From Blasia pusilla (Eukaryota), in contig CM114271.1 in NCBI GenBank assembly GCA_050084515.1, positions 37,510,001-37,574,000 of the forward strand: 64,000 nt of DNA, in the 5' to 3' direction. The notes beneath the pieces were generated by a model that saw only the letters and a program-made list of their open reading frames with translations, was not told the origin of the DNA and ran no database searches. Both the position numbers and the translations under genes were made by a program. Below, in pieces: positions 24,401 to 37,800 of this stretch (positions are counted from its first letter, which is position 1; each line of letters starts with the position of its first letter).

Positions 24401-27400
24401 TAGCACCAAGAGTTGATTGAATGGCCAACCGTGATCCATCTACTCGCAAAATTCTCATTGCCAAAGCTAGTAATGGCCCAATTGGAACAGGAACCTTGGC
24501 AAGCATAAAACCATCATGAGGAAATCAGTTGCAATATGCACAAAAAAGACAGAAAAATTCAACACACGTGGCCTCTTCCCTCGTAAGTTCTTAAAGAGTG
24601 ACCCTGCATTCCTACCAATTACCACATCTCAACTTCTGACTTAATTCGCCATGTACTTCAAAACAAAGATGAAAGCTTTCACCTACCGGGACCGGATATG
24701 GATTGATCAGCAGATTGTGACAGCACTGAAGAAGAGCTGAAACACGAGGAACAAGTTGTTGCCAAAAGCTTTTTGCAGCTTGGGCTGAGGCATTTGCTGC
24801 CACTGAAGGCCCTCCCAAAGGCCAAGGAGGGTCCTGACCCAGTGGTAGAAGAGTCGCTAATGCATCCTCTGCGGTTGGCACTGCACACAGGGTGAACCAA
24901 GTCTTTGTCAAGACAAATATTTTCATTACAAAAAAAATGGTTACGCTTCATATCTGGCAGATATTCTGAAAGATTTCCTGCCGCAAACACTTTAGGATCC
25001 AGGAATAGTACTTCATACACTGAAAGCACATATAGTCACAGAGGTAATACCATCTTCCATTCCAGAAAATGCGTACTCCAACTCTGTATTGATGGCAATC
25101 AAAATGCGTCTTATCATGGAGCTCCACGTAGCTGCATCTCCATGTGCCTTTGGGAGAAAGGCTAAACATAAGGCGCATTTCTGTATAAACATATTCAAGT
25201 ACATGAACAGCATGAGACATTTACATTCAAGTTACTGAAATACACCTAGATACTAATACACCCAGAGAAGCAGATTTCTGGATCTTGAAGTGAGTTGTAA
25301 GTTAACTGACAGACAATAGCTGTTGAAAGGGTATAAAGGGGGTAACAAACTCTTCCAACCTGAGAAAGAGATGAACTGTCTGCGTCCATTAGTCGTGCTA
25401 CCAGTAATGACTCCAACTGCATGGGCATGATCGATCAGTACAAGTGCCAAACCCAGGACACAATCAAGTAAGCCCAACTCTCCAGTATCTCTAGCAAAAT
25501 ACAGAGCTAAAATTAAGTGTATGGCCTAATTTAAAAAAGGTTAAACCTCCTCTAAAGCTACTCTATTCCTTTGAAAACCAATGGAGCATCTTTACCAATG
25601 TACAAGGAAAGAAACATAGCAAGGCTAATGTGCAGGCAGCACTTAACTGGATGTGACGATCACCAACATTACACTTGCAAGCAATCAAATTATAACATTA
25701 GGAAACTTCAATATGTTGGATATTAAAGGTATTCACAAATTACATTGTTAGTTTGTTGCCGAAGACAGGCAGGAAAGCAACGTAAGATAGCAGCCAGCAG
25801 GTCAATGGCCTCGTTCTGCATGAGCAAGATATATATCAGTGTGGAACAAGGTATCCTGAATCGTTTTCAAAAGCCCTGCCCAGTTCACAAATATCATCCC
25901 ACAAGGACATAGAACAAAGTACCAAAATGCCACGTATTTTTTACCTGTGCCATGAAGTAGCTTCAAGCACAACCGTGAGTGATCTGGACTGACCTTATTG
26001 TAACAGACTATATGGCAGTAACATCAAGCATTCCACTACAGGTTGGTTCTTAGCAAAACTTCATTGCAATCTTTTGACCTTTAAAGTATGGTAAGAGGAC
26101 AGAGTCTTTAGTTCTGCAATTCTTCCTATTAAATGCTGGAGCCCATGTATAGCGAAACTGCCTCAGGTCTCCTGGATTGCTTTGTCCACAGTTAGTTGCT
26201 CTTAAAATAATGAAAATACTTTGCAGACACGTGAGAGCAAAGTTAGACTATTTGTTCGTCTGAGGATGTGTCTGCCCTATATCAGAAAATAGAATCAGTA
26301 TGCCTCATAGAATGCAAATGGATATACTGTCACCATGGAAAAGGCACACCACAAAACTCCATTACTCTCCATTTTGATACTCCTGTACTGTATGTAACAT
26401 TCACGTACCAGCCTACACTTGGTTTAAGGATAATCATAAGCAAACCTCCCACACAAGTAAACAGTCTCCAACCACAAAGATGGAGACTTAAAGTGCCCCC
26501 ACAGCAAGAATCCAAGCACATCTCAGAAATGTCTGCTTCAACCCTGGAACTGAAGTACTCGGCAAGGCATCAAACATGTTCTTGTTGGCAGAAGAGGTTT
26601 GAATGATGCACAAAAAACCTAGACATTTTCACCCTCTACATCCAAGCATAGTTGTGTCACTCTGAGCTCCTCGTCAAATGGATCCTTCAGACTCTATCTC
26701 TAACACTTCAATTTCCTATTTCAGCTCTCATAAAATTCGGCCACTTTCCCTAACAGGAGTACTCTCAGACCTTAAAAGACAGTCGCAGTAGATACACACC
26801 CATATGCCACTGGAATCCTTGTCCCCAAGAATTTGTAGTATCGGCTGCACCAACTTGGCAATTAGAGCTGCTCCATCACGACGCACTCCTGCGTATTCAA
26901 CCAGGAATCCTAACCTGTACACCACAAGACCTGAATCTTAGGACTACTAAAAGTGCAAGAGTCCCACACATTTCCTTTGAACTTCTTGTCCACCTACCAC
27001 TGTCAGAAGTAGAGTCTCATGGTGATCAAAAACTAACTTCATGACATCTCCACTTTGGGCAGAGACCACATATTCTACTGTTCACCAGTTTAGGGATTAA
27101 TATTCACTTAGTACAATTCTTTGCTTGATCACTTGTACGACAAGCATTACAAGGGCGGTTCTAGACCCAGATTACCCACCTCCTCTCAACTCAAAATTTT
27201 GAACAGCGAACAAGAGATGGAATGGTCCAAACCTGGTGAGAAGGTCCGTCAGGGAAGCACAAGCAGCAGCACGAATGAAAACAGAATCTGTAGACTGCTG
27301 TACGTTCCAACACAAACCTACTATCAGCATTTTTCAACAGTACCTGCATATACACAAGGTCCGAGCAACCCAAGTCCCAGAACCCCAAAAAATGGAGTTC

Positions 27401-28363
27401 TGAAGCTTTAAATCTTATCCATGACAGAATTCCCCAGCCTCAATACTACTTAGGTTGGAGACTTCTCATTTAGTCAAGAAGGATACTCGACCTTCAAACT
27501 CAGTGCAAAGGTCGAGGAGAGGTATTCAAAGAGGAGTGGATACTTGATAGATGCTACAATACGCTGAGGGTCATTATTTTCACGTTGATCGATGAAATCC
27601 CAAGCATTATTTTTAGGGAGCCAAGGTGTGGGGGAATCTGATAGCACCTCTGCCTTGGGCAACGAAGAAAAAAAAGATAATGTGACAATGTATCTTTCAT
27701 GCCAGTTGTAAAGATGGGTGGAAGAAAATGATCGATTGGAACCTTAAGTGGAAGAAGCAATTTCTGAAACCATGAATTGTAGGACTCCAGGAAGCGCTGA
27801 CGAGAGCATTCTTGGCATGTCACTCCGAGGAGACACAGCCCCGCCCACCTATTTTCAGCCTGCAATACATGCATGTACGGTTGTGAGGCATTTGAATCGA
27901 TGGTGATACGAAGAGAATTAAAAACTGTCCCTTTGCCAATCAATGTGAGTAGACGGAGCGTGCTTCTCAAAACCCACAACGATCACTCAGACAAAGACGA
28001 ATGCAGTGATTTCCTAGGCTGCAAACTCGAACGAGTATTCCAATCAAGTGTGCTTAATTCCTCAGCGGAAAGCGTCCGACGTTCACATACCACTGTACTA
28101 CAGAGGAGACCCAACAAGTGATCGACCCAGCCATCCACCATTCCTTTCCGGAACTCCCCACTCTTGTTCAAACCCGTCGCACCCGATGATGGCGTCTCGG
28201 AAAGCAGATGATGACGACGAATTGATGCGACGGCGACGGAAAGCTGAGCTGGTGATCTAGGAAGCTGCTTCTCGTCAGGTAGATGCGCCATCATTATCGA
28301 ATGAAGCAACCTCTGCTTGAGCCGAGGGTCGTACATGCTAAACAACGCTTCATCGAAAGCCAT
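21500..28363 (-). CDS. PELP1: PELP1/Rix1-like protein (rixosome scaffold), about 13 exons
   Basis: N-terminus MYDPRLKQRLL...HLPDEK...HHLLSE, followed by ENRWAGLCLLGVTCQECS.QRFLESY..WF.KLL, LPKAHGDAATWS, LCSELPALHLNALDLL, ALLALEPLIHPR and the C-terminal DGVLPDIIDGDPDTD. First exons are 28363-28091, 27859-27743, 27294-27233 and 26914-26800, all GT-AG and in phase. Confidence 0.9.
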
Positions 28364-29589
28364 CTTCACAAATCCTTCGATCCCGAATTTTGTGGAATTA
28401 CGACGTAATTTTCTCGGTCCTCTTCCTCTCGCGTTGTCGATCATACGCAAATTCTTAAGCCACTGCCAATTCCGAATTATTTGAGGGGATTATCGCTCTG
28501 TACATAGAATCGTGCAATATTCACCCTTCAAGACAACTTCTTATTCCGTCTCATTAAGATTCAACCCGGGGAAAAATGTAGTTCAATGCAAAACAGGCAG
28601 GGTTTGCAAGACCATCACCAACCGGTCCTATATCGCCTCTATCAATTACGCAAGCATGAACTCTGTGAAGACAATCCAGTTTTCCCAGCTGTTGGGCGCA
28701 AATGATTGGAAACAATCTCATTTTCACACAACAATTCGGCATCAAGAGCTGAAAGTATGAATGAAACCATCTCCTATTCTACCCCGAATTAAAACATCTC
28801 CAATTGTACCCCCGGCATAAGCAGAGATTGGCAACGAACCCGTTGAGATTAGGATTCCCCAGCCCCGCTTCTCCTACGTCACATGAATTTGGAGACCCCT
28901 TAGTGCGTGCTTGAAACGCGGTTTCGGTCCCCAAAAATCCAAGGAGCCTGCACTCTTCCTAACGATGGTCAGAATCTCCTCGCAGACATCGCATGTCTCA
29001 GCAAGCGAGCAGACGGCGAATGAGCGCACGGTGCCGCGGCGGAATGTGGAAATCATTCTGTCTCGACGCAATCCGTCCCCGTCGTCTACGTTCCCGCCAC
29101 ACCCCGGTCTCCAAAATCCTGCCTCATCCAGCTACATACACACAGCCCGGAGGTCCCGCGTTCGTACCACAACCTGAGCGTCCTTCACCATTCCATCCTC
29201 CCGCATCAGCTCTCTTCTTTATCTACCTATCTTGCTCCTCTCCCCTCCCCTCCCTCCCCTCCCCTCCCCTATCCTATCCTCCCTTCCCTCTCCCATTCTG
29301 CTGCAACCGACATACGAACACAATAAACCCCCGCCCTCCCGCATTCTTGTCACTTCCTCCCCCAACCAACAAACTCCTCCTCGACCCCATCCTGCATTGG
29401 GCCCCCGGCGCCCGTCTACACCATCGCTCCGCCCATCGACTCCTCCCCTTCCGCCCGAATCCACAATCGCTCCGCAGCTCTGCTCCGCGCCACCAATCCA
29501 AGCGATTGCGCACCCGCACAGCCACCGATTGCGCGAGCGAGCGAGAGCGTGCGAGCGAGCGAGCGAGCGAGAGAGAGCAGCGGAGAGGC

Positions 29590-30160
29590 GGCCGTTGTAC
29601 ATGGGAACTTGGGAAGGGGAGGGACGAGAGGAAGGGGCTTAAGGACGGACGGACGGACGGACGGACGGAGAACGCTCGTTAACTTGGAACCGTCCGTCTG
29701 AGGCTCCGTTGGTGAAGCTGCGCCCCCGTCCGGTGGCGCAGCGTCACCAACGGAGGGAAGAACGGGCACGGAGGACTCCGTCGCGGCTCCTCCAAACGGA
29801 AGCCCAGGAGTATTGGTGAAGCAGGGAACGATTCTGCTGCCGCGCTCCGTTACGCCGGGGAGGGTCCCGAATTGGAGGAATGGACGACCTAATAAATAAA
29901 TAACTCCCGGCGATGCCAGCACCAGCCCCAGCCAGCTCCAGCGGCGCTCCCCTCCACTAAAACTCCTTATTACCTCCCGCACGGGCGAAGCCCCAGATGT
30001 GCTCGCTAGCTAACGTTACAGTAGTTATGGCCAGTGCGAACCAGGTCCCCTCTTCTTGAACGGACCCCACCACCCACTTCCAGTGGCCACTCGAGTTTTG
30101 CCATCCAATTTGGCACCCGCGATGGCCGAGCTTCACCTGCCCATCATGCGTCTAACGGTC
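29590..30160. promoter_or_regulatory. GC-rich promoter-like island with clustered AACGG (MSA/MYB3R-like) motifs
   Basis: AACGG or CCGTT occurs at about 29593, 29706, 29748, 29761, 29795, 29847, 30059 and 30154, next to (GCGA)n and (GGAC)n runs. Confidence 0.45.
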
Positions 30161-30329
30161 CGAGTATCCTTTCGGCCTTATCCACGGTGTCTTTTACCAC
30201 CCCACTTTCTTCGGTCCTCTTTGAGGTTTGAGCCCTTCCAATTTTTACTCGTTTTTTATTATTTGGAGATTTTGTTAGGGCACAATCGGTAGCTCACTTG
30301 TAATATAAGCCTCCGTAAAATGGGGTGAT

Positions 30330-32800
30330 AGAGAATGCCACAATCAGCCCCTTAGCTCATGGATCAAAGGATATTGTACGAAGATGACTCTACAGTGGTC
30401 TTCATTAAAAAAAAACATCCATTCGTTCCACTTTCCATTTCCACATAAATGCATGGGATTGTGGAGCATAAGTTTGATACTTTCCCCATTGATGGTGCTC
30501 ATCTTCTCCACTCAAGAAATAGGTTATCTTTAGCTACTAGGCCCTTATAGTGTATAAAATAGATCTCCATATCCCTATAGTGTGCCCGAACAAATGGGCT
30601 TTTGACGCTAACTCATGCAATCACAAAAGCTACTACTAATGGCCCTCTTAGCTGAAGTGATGTTCCTTTAGGTGTTGCTACTATGGTTTTTACTATTTGT
30701 TAGGTTGGCTTGTTAGGGGTTTCCCGTCTATCTTTCCTTCCCCGGTCGGTTATGGCTTTGGTCTTCCTGCTCTTTGAGCCCTCGTCCTTGCACTTTTGAT
30801 GTGTTCCCCCATCTTGTTCTATTTATGTCTTGTTTCTTCTATAAGGTTCAAGATTCAATGGATGGGAGACACCTTCCATTCTGTAGATATTTTATTTCAC
30901 CATGAGATATATTAGACTTTTATCAACAAAAAATAAAACAATAAAAAAATCATCCTGTAATTTAATCTATAGCATTATTTTCCAATCACCATTTAGACCT
31001 AGGTTCATAGATCTCCAACACAATTCAATCCTAACTTTAGACTCGTACCTTGGATACTTTCCAAGGCCCACATGATGGAGTGTTTAACCTCTATTCCTCA
31101 TTACTAACCCACAAAAACATACGGACCTTGACTTTTGCAAGCATAAGTCTTAGCTCAAGCCTCAAAGATCCAACCTTCGTACGTTCCGTCAACAGGTCAG
31201 AGAAGACACCCCGACACTAAACGGTCCCAAGTTCTCCGAGATGCAAACCGTGAACCTTAGAAGCCTCTTCCCCATGCCTTGACCAATCTCCCTAAGTCTC
31301 TCATCTAAATCGGAGTGCACCAACTAATTCCTCAAGATGCATCCCGAACAATTCCTTGCCTCAAACTTAAGACATGGTTAATCCCTTGTTCCAAAACTTT
31401 AGAGGCTAGGGAGGGAGATGGTCCCCCCTATAGAGACCTATAGGTTTCTCCAAGGGAACCCCACCTTTCCCATCCTCCACTTGGGGCCCCTGGTTTTGAC
31501 CCACAACCCACACATGGTTCATGTTTTATCGACCTGCATTTAACTAGTCTGCACATCTAACTTTTCTGCGCTCGTTTTGGAACCTCATCCCATTATTTTT
31601 CTTATCTTATGGCTAGTGCTCGTCTTGACTCCCGCCGTTTGGTATCTGGCGATTATCTTACCGCCCTTCGCATTTCGTATATAGTTTCATGGTGTCTCGC
31701 ATTTCATAACTACTCTCGTCTTCCTTGTTACTTGCACTTGACTCAAAATTAAACTTGTCTCAAGGATCCTGCACCTTTCTTATCTCATCCTTAATCATTT
31801 ACACCTAAGGTTAGTCTCGAGCGAGTAACGGTCTTAACTAGTATTAGTCCCACAATAGGTTTTCCACCCTTTCTATTCTTGTGACTAGATAGTCTAGGAT
31901 TTGACTTTAGTGGATTACACCAAGGTTTTTCTACTTTTAACATGTTTCCTGGATATCCTCTAGTTTCCTAGATCATGACTCCCCCCTTAGATCCCCTCTA
32001 CTTTAGATGCCTTAGATTTACTTATCCATGATGCCATAGAATCAATTATAAATTTAGATGAAAAATATTTTTAAGCTTATTAATAAATCCCCAAAGTATC
32101 AAGTAAGGGGAACCAAATATGTAATCCTATAACCAATAGGATCCCAAACTGTGATCTCACCAAGTCTAACTAATGTCCAACAAATTACTAATGAGCCTAA
32201 AACAAGCACAACAATTCAACAATGTCCTTGACTATAACAAAAGTTTAAGTGTTGCTCTATTGTTGAACATCTTCAATAGAGACTAGTCACTGCCTATGCC
32301 ATGCATAGGTTAATGATAAATACACCTTGCACTCCTTCCCTCTATACTAGTTAGATGGGACTAACTCATTAGATGCAACAAGTTTCCCATTAGTAAGCCA
32401 CTTCAAAGAACAATTCTTGAGGCCTCAAGCTCTTGTTGATGAGAGGGTTGTTACACATTATAATAAAGATAGCTTTTTGTGTTTGTGTGCTACTTTTCTC
32501 CAACCCATGTGTTATTTGATTCCTACAAATATCCATAATACCTATCCAAATAATCATGCAATTCCTAGTATGTTGGTGATATTTGTCACTTCAACTTGGC
32601 AAACTAAGGTCCAAGTTTGTGATAGAGCATAATTCTTTTGGGGAACACTTTTATGTGGTCTTTCATATAAGTTATAGTTAGTCAACACTACTTTACATCT
32701 CATGGGTTATGTCAACAACCATATAATCAGCCTCTTCTCCTTGTAAATATGGGATGAAGCCTCAATAAGTTTTATATTATGAAGTTAAATGTATTTTCAT
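30330..32800 (-). mobile_element. Highly degenerate LTR-retrotransposon (Gypsy-like) debris
   Basis: CpG-poor sequence with no open frames. Weak integrase-like peptide remnants on the minus strand near 32380-32730 (MVVD; a LWIFVGIK-type stretch). Boundaries are approximate. Confidence 0.35.
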
Positions 32801-34090
32801 TATTACTTACTAATGATATATCACTCAAATCTGAAAATAAAAATATCCATATTAATATAAGTAATACAATATTTTACCTTTAAATATTGGAAAAACATGA
32901 CATGGGAAATTTAATCCATTCTAAACATTCTCATTTATACTTTACTACCTTTCTAAAGATGACCAACTACCAATCTTATAGGCAAATCCTTGTATAGTTA
33001 AAAAAATCCCTTTTCTGTACTCACCTCTGTCACATCTTAGTAGCCAATAGGTAGAGATCTATTGCATCGACGACATATAGAGCCAACGGACTGTCTTGAG
33101 TGTAACTTCTTCCTAAGGTAGAAGATGAGGTAGAGGATAGGCACGTTGTGTCAAGAACGTCATCTTTGACGACTTTTTTGTTTTGGTCTTTGTCAGTCGG
33201 GTGACTTGTTGAGCAGGTCATCCGCCCTTGGTAACCTATGCGTGCAAGTTACCAAGAGGATTTTTATTTTAGGGGAAGAGCCTTTTTGGCCCTTCCCACA
33301 CCTATATAAGGGACGAAGATGGCTTTCCCAAGCCATCTCTCTTATGTTGGGCCGTTGGAGCATCTCTCTTGCTCGTGTGTGAGATAGGACTAGGTTGCTA
33401 GCATCCCGATTCCCTCATAGAGGACGATGGACAAGGCTTGATATGTTGATGTAGATTGAGGAGTGGAGTTTTAGGCAAGGTGTGCCCTTTTTACTCTTAT
33501 TTTTACATGAGAAAGATGTCGGGGGGTAGGGGGAATTCGTTGCTTGAAGGTAGGCAATGGAGTTGCCTCGATGGGGATCCCTTAGAGATATGTGTGTGAC
33601 GAATGTTTTATCATTTTTTGTTTGGAAGGCCATGCGCATAAGCGTTTTTCATGTTTTGTAGAGTTTTGTGGTGCAAGTTGACAAAGGTGAACAACAGAGT
33701 GTAGCAACATGAACGCCAAAAGAAGGGTTGTCAAGCCGCCAGAAGTGGAGCCAAAGGTAGGTCCACTCAAGCAGGACTACATTGTAGAGTCACGGTCGAT
33801 GTTGGCGCATAGAAAAGAGGCGGCCTCAGAGGTTGGAGGCTAGAGCGCATGACCGCCTTGGAGGTTGGAAGTGCGGAACGGAAGGGAAAAAATGAGGTTG
33901 TTCATGAGGGCCGTGGGGATGGCACCGCATTAAGCCCCACCGAGAGTGTTGTAGCCTCGTAAGGCCGCATGCTTATAGTGCTATAGGGGCGCCATGTAGG
34001 ACGAAACACACAAATACACAAGATACCATACTAACTCATGGCATCTTGACATCGAGACGATAGAGGACCAAAATATATGCAAGAAATCTA

Positions 34091-34093
<3 letters not shown>

Positions 34094-34178
<85 letters not shown>
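34094..34178. repeat. (CT)n microsatellite
   Basis: Pure CT dinucleotide run of about 85 bp. Confidence 0.98.
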
Positions 34179-34182
<4 letters not shown>

Positions 34183-34506
34183 CCCAATCTCCTAATAAGA
34201 GACTTGGGTTACTCACAAGGCAAGGATTGAGGACCATAGCTCCGTCGTCTTATGCCAAGACGAGGTTCAACAAAGAGAGAATGAGCTCCAAAGCTATCTC
34301 TCCTTGGGTATATCCCCTTCCCTCTCCCACGCTCTCTTCGTGATAACCTATGTGGCAAGTCACTTCCTTAACTTTTGACCTAGTGTAGGGGGTCCACTCA
34401 AGGGCCACGTACCAAGATGGAAAGTCAACTCTTCTCACAATGGTAACTTACCTGGAATTGTAAGTCTATATACATAACTCCAAATGAGTTGAAATGAAGG
34501 GAAAAT

Positions 34507-34817
34507 TATAGAAAATTGCTAAAGAAGCATAATTGGTGGGAAATGGCTCACACTCACACACCACCATGCAGAAAAAAATTTTGCAATGAGAGAATGAGTA
34601 AAGGCTGGTTCCCTTCTCAATTATATAGGGTACGTACAAGCAACCCTGACGCTAATCTTAACCATAGTCTCAAGTTAGACTAACTATGGTTAACTAATCA
34701 TAGTTAAGATAATCGCGCTTAATTAACTAACCGTGATTAAATTTCCTTACTTCGTACGATTACCAAATATAGCAGTTCATATGTCTCATGAGTTTGATTG
34801 TAACTCAATCTTAAATA
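34507..34817 (-). repeat. Copia 3' LTR
   Basis: Aligns without gaps to 39458-39768; about 43 mismatches in 311 by hand count. Confidence 0.92.
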
Positions 34818-37800
34818 CTCCCCCTCAAACTCATATCTCTAACACCTAAATCATTTCTAAACATCTCAAACTTATCTCTAGAGAATACTTTTGTATAGAT
34901 ATCACCAATTTGCTGATATGTACCTATAAACACAAGATCAAATTTTCCTTCAAGCATTTTCTCTCTCATAAAATGATAGTGCACCTCAACATGCTTTGTA
35001 CGAGTATAAAACACAGGGTTATTAGCAAGCTTGATGCTACTAATATTGTTTGCATACATTACACTAGGTCTTAAGTTACTAACACCGATCTCAACAAGTA
35101 ATCAATGAAGCCATACCGCCTCACATGCTGCATTGCTTGCTCTTCTGTATTCAGCCTCTATTGAAGATATAGCAAGTGTAGGTTGTTTCTTTGAAGCCTA
35201 ACTTATAGCTACGCTTCCCAACGTAAGTGGATAACCATATATTGAGTGTCATTCACAAGGCTTCTTGCCCAATCCGCATTTGTGAATCTTAGTAATTGTA
35301 AACTCTGAGAAGGTTCAAATAGAAGCTCGAATTAAATAGAGAAATTCACATACCGCATAATCCTCCTGACAACATCAAGGTGAGATTTTCGAGGTGCTTG
35401 CATAAATTGGCTCACTATGCCAACTGCGTAGCTCAAATATGATCTGGTTATAGTCAGATAGATCAAACTTCCAACCATGCCCCTGTACATGTTAGAATCT
35501 GCAAGCAATTCTCCTTCATCCACTCTTAGCTTCACACTCTGGTCCAACGGTGTAGAGATTAGCTTACAAGCCGTCATATCATATTTTGAAAGCATGTGGA
35601 GAATATATATTGTCGTTATAGTAACCACGTGCTCTCTCCAACCTTGATAAACTCAACACCAAGGAAATACTTGAGTTTTCCCAAATCCTTGATATCAAAT
35701 TCTCTCTGTAATTTTAGCTTCATTAATTGTATAATATCCTCAATACTCCCAATAATCAAGAGGTCGTCAACATACAACACAATGATAACCGTATGATCTT
35801 CTCCTCTCAAGACATATAATGAGGAGTCATAATCACGTACCCTAAAACCCAACTCTTATAGGACATATGTAATCTTGCCTTACGAAGCTCTTGGAGCTTG
35901 TTTGAGCCCGTATAGAGCTTTCTTCAACCTGCATATGCGAAATGGAAACTATAGATGCTCATATCCATGTGGGTGAGTCATATATACCTCCTTTTATAGA
36001 TCTCCATTCAAGAAGCATTCTTGATGTCCATGTGATGTAATCTCCACTTCTTACTTACTCCAACTATAACCACTATTCTCGTAGTCATAATTTTTGCAAT
36101 ACGGCTAAATTTGTCCTCATAATCGATGCCATATTGTTGTGCATAACCCTTAGCCACCAATCTTGTTTTGTATATTTTAACCGTACCATCTTGATTGCGC
36201 TCGATTTTGTAAACCCGTTTGCAACTAATAGCTTAATTACCGGAAGGTATATTAACCAACTCCTAAGTCTGTTGATGTCTAAATGCATCAAACTCTTCCT
36301 CCATAACTTCAATCCTCTCAACCTTATTTGCAACTTCTTTAAAATAACTCGGCTTTTGTTGTTGAAAGATAGTCATCATATATGCATGATGTGTCATAAG
36401 GAAACCTTCATTTATGAATCTATGAACATGATATGTTATTCTACTTGATCTACGAAGCTTTTTTTAGAGGTAGATGCCTTTGACACCTGATTCGAGCTCT
36501 GACAAGTGTCAACATACTGAATACATACTCTTTCCATCCATGGACTCAAAAATTTAACTAACGAATTGATGACCTCTCATAATCCAACACTAATACTTGG
36601 GGAATTTGAAGGCAGTGTCTATTGGTTTACAGTCATGTTCTTCCCCTCAATATATAACTTTAGAGGTGGAATATGCTTAGATAGAGCATACCATGACTTT
36701 AGCTCATTAAAGACAACATCGTGATTAATAATAAGTTGCGGAGATGATGGAATGTAGCACTTATATCCCTTAGTTCCATCAACGTAGCCAATGAATGTAC
36801 ATCTTTAACATTTGGGGTCTAATTTCTGAAGTCTTTTAGAAGGAACATGAGCATAACAAATACAACCAAATACTTTCAAGAAGGAAAAATCAAGTCTAAT
36901 TCCTGTGAAGACTTTGAATGGAGTCTTATCATGAAGTCCTGTTGTTTGAGTTTGGTTGATTAAGAAGACTCCACATCCTGGAGCATCTGCCCAATACACC
37001 TTATGTATATTCTTCTCATTCAGCATAGCTCGTGTCACCTCAGCAACATGCCTTCCCTCAGCCACTCTATTTTGTTGTGGAGTGTAACGACAAGTCAATT
37101 GACATTGGATGTCATTTTGACGTAAGTAGTCATCAAAATTTGTTGAAAGATACTCTCCTCCTCCATCACAACATAATTCAAAATATGTTCTCTAGCTTGG
37201 TTCTCTACGAGAACTCTGAATGTTTGGAACACTGAGAATACCTCTAACTTGGCTTTCAGAAAGTATACCCATATATACTTAGAGAAGTCTTCAATAAATT
37301 AAACAAAGTACTGGCAACCACTAAGGCTATGTTGTGATGTTATCCACACATCATTGTGAATCAACTCCAATATCTTGGATGCTCTTCTACCTTGCTTTGG
37401 AAAAGGAAATCTAACTTGTTCTTCAAATTGGCAAGGAGGACATACCTCTAACGTAGTAGGACTCGCTAATTTAGGAAGTTCTATTATTAGATTAGATGAT
37501 GAAATACTCTGTTATCTTTGAAGATTCATATGTCAAATTCTCTTAAGCCACACATTTAGATTTATGACTCGTTGGCCAGTTTGATCATATATTGTTGTTT
37601 GAATCTCTGGCATAGAAACATCTAATTTGAACAACTGTCATATCTACTTCCTTTGGTTATCGTAGTCTAATCATCCATTGTTTCAATGAAACAACCATTG
37701 GTGTTAAACTTCACTTGATAACCGTGTTCTATTATCTGTCCTATCGAGATCAAGTTTCTTGCAAGGGTAGGAAGAGAGCACAAAGATCATCTGATGTTAT

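Noticed and set aside
28993..29982. Pro/Gly/Arg-rich ORFs (extensin-like look)
   Set aside because: Translations of C-rich and G-rich simple sequence, open in several frames at once; no signal peptide.
33050..34060. LTR-like segment with a TATA box (CCTATATAAGG)
   Set aside because: No partner LTR, PBS, PPT or TSD could be identified, so no boundaries are supportable.
33981..34187. Poly-RE ORF
   Set aside because: Translation of the (CT)n microsatellite.
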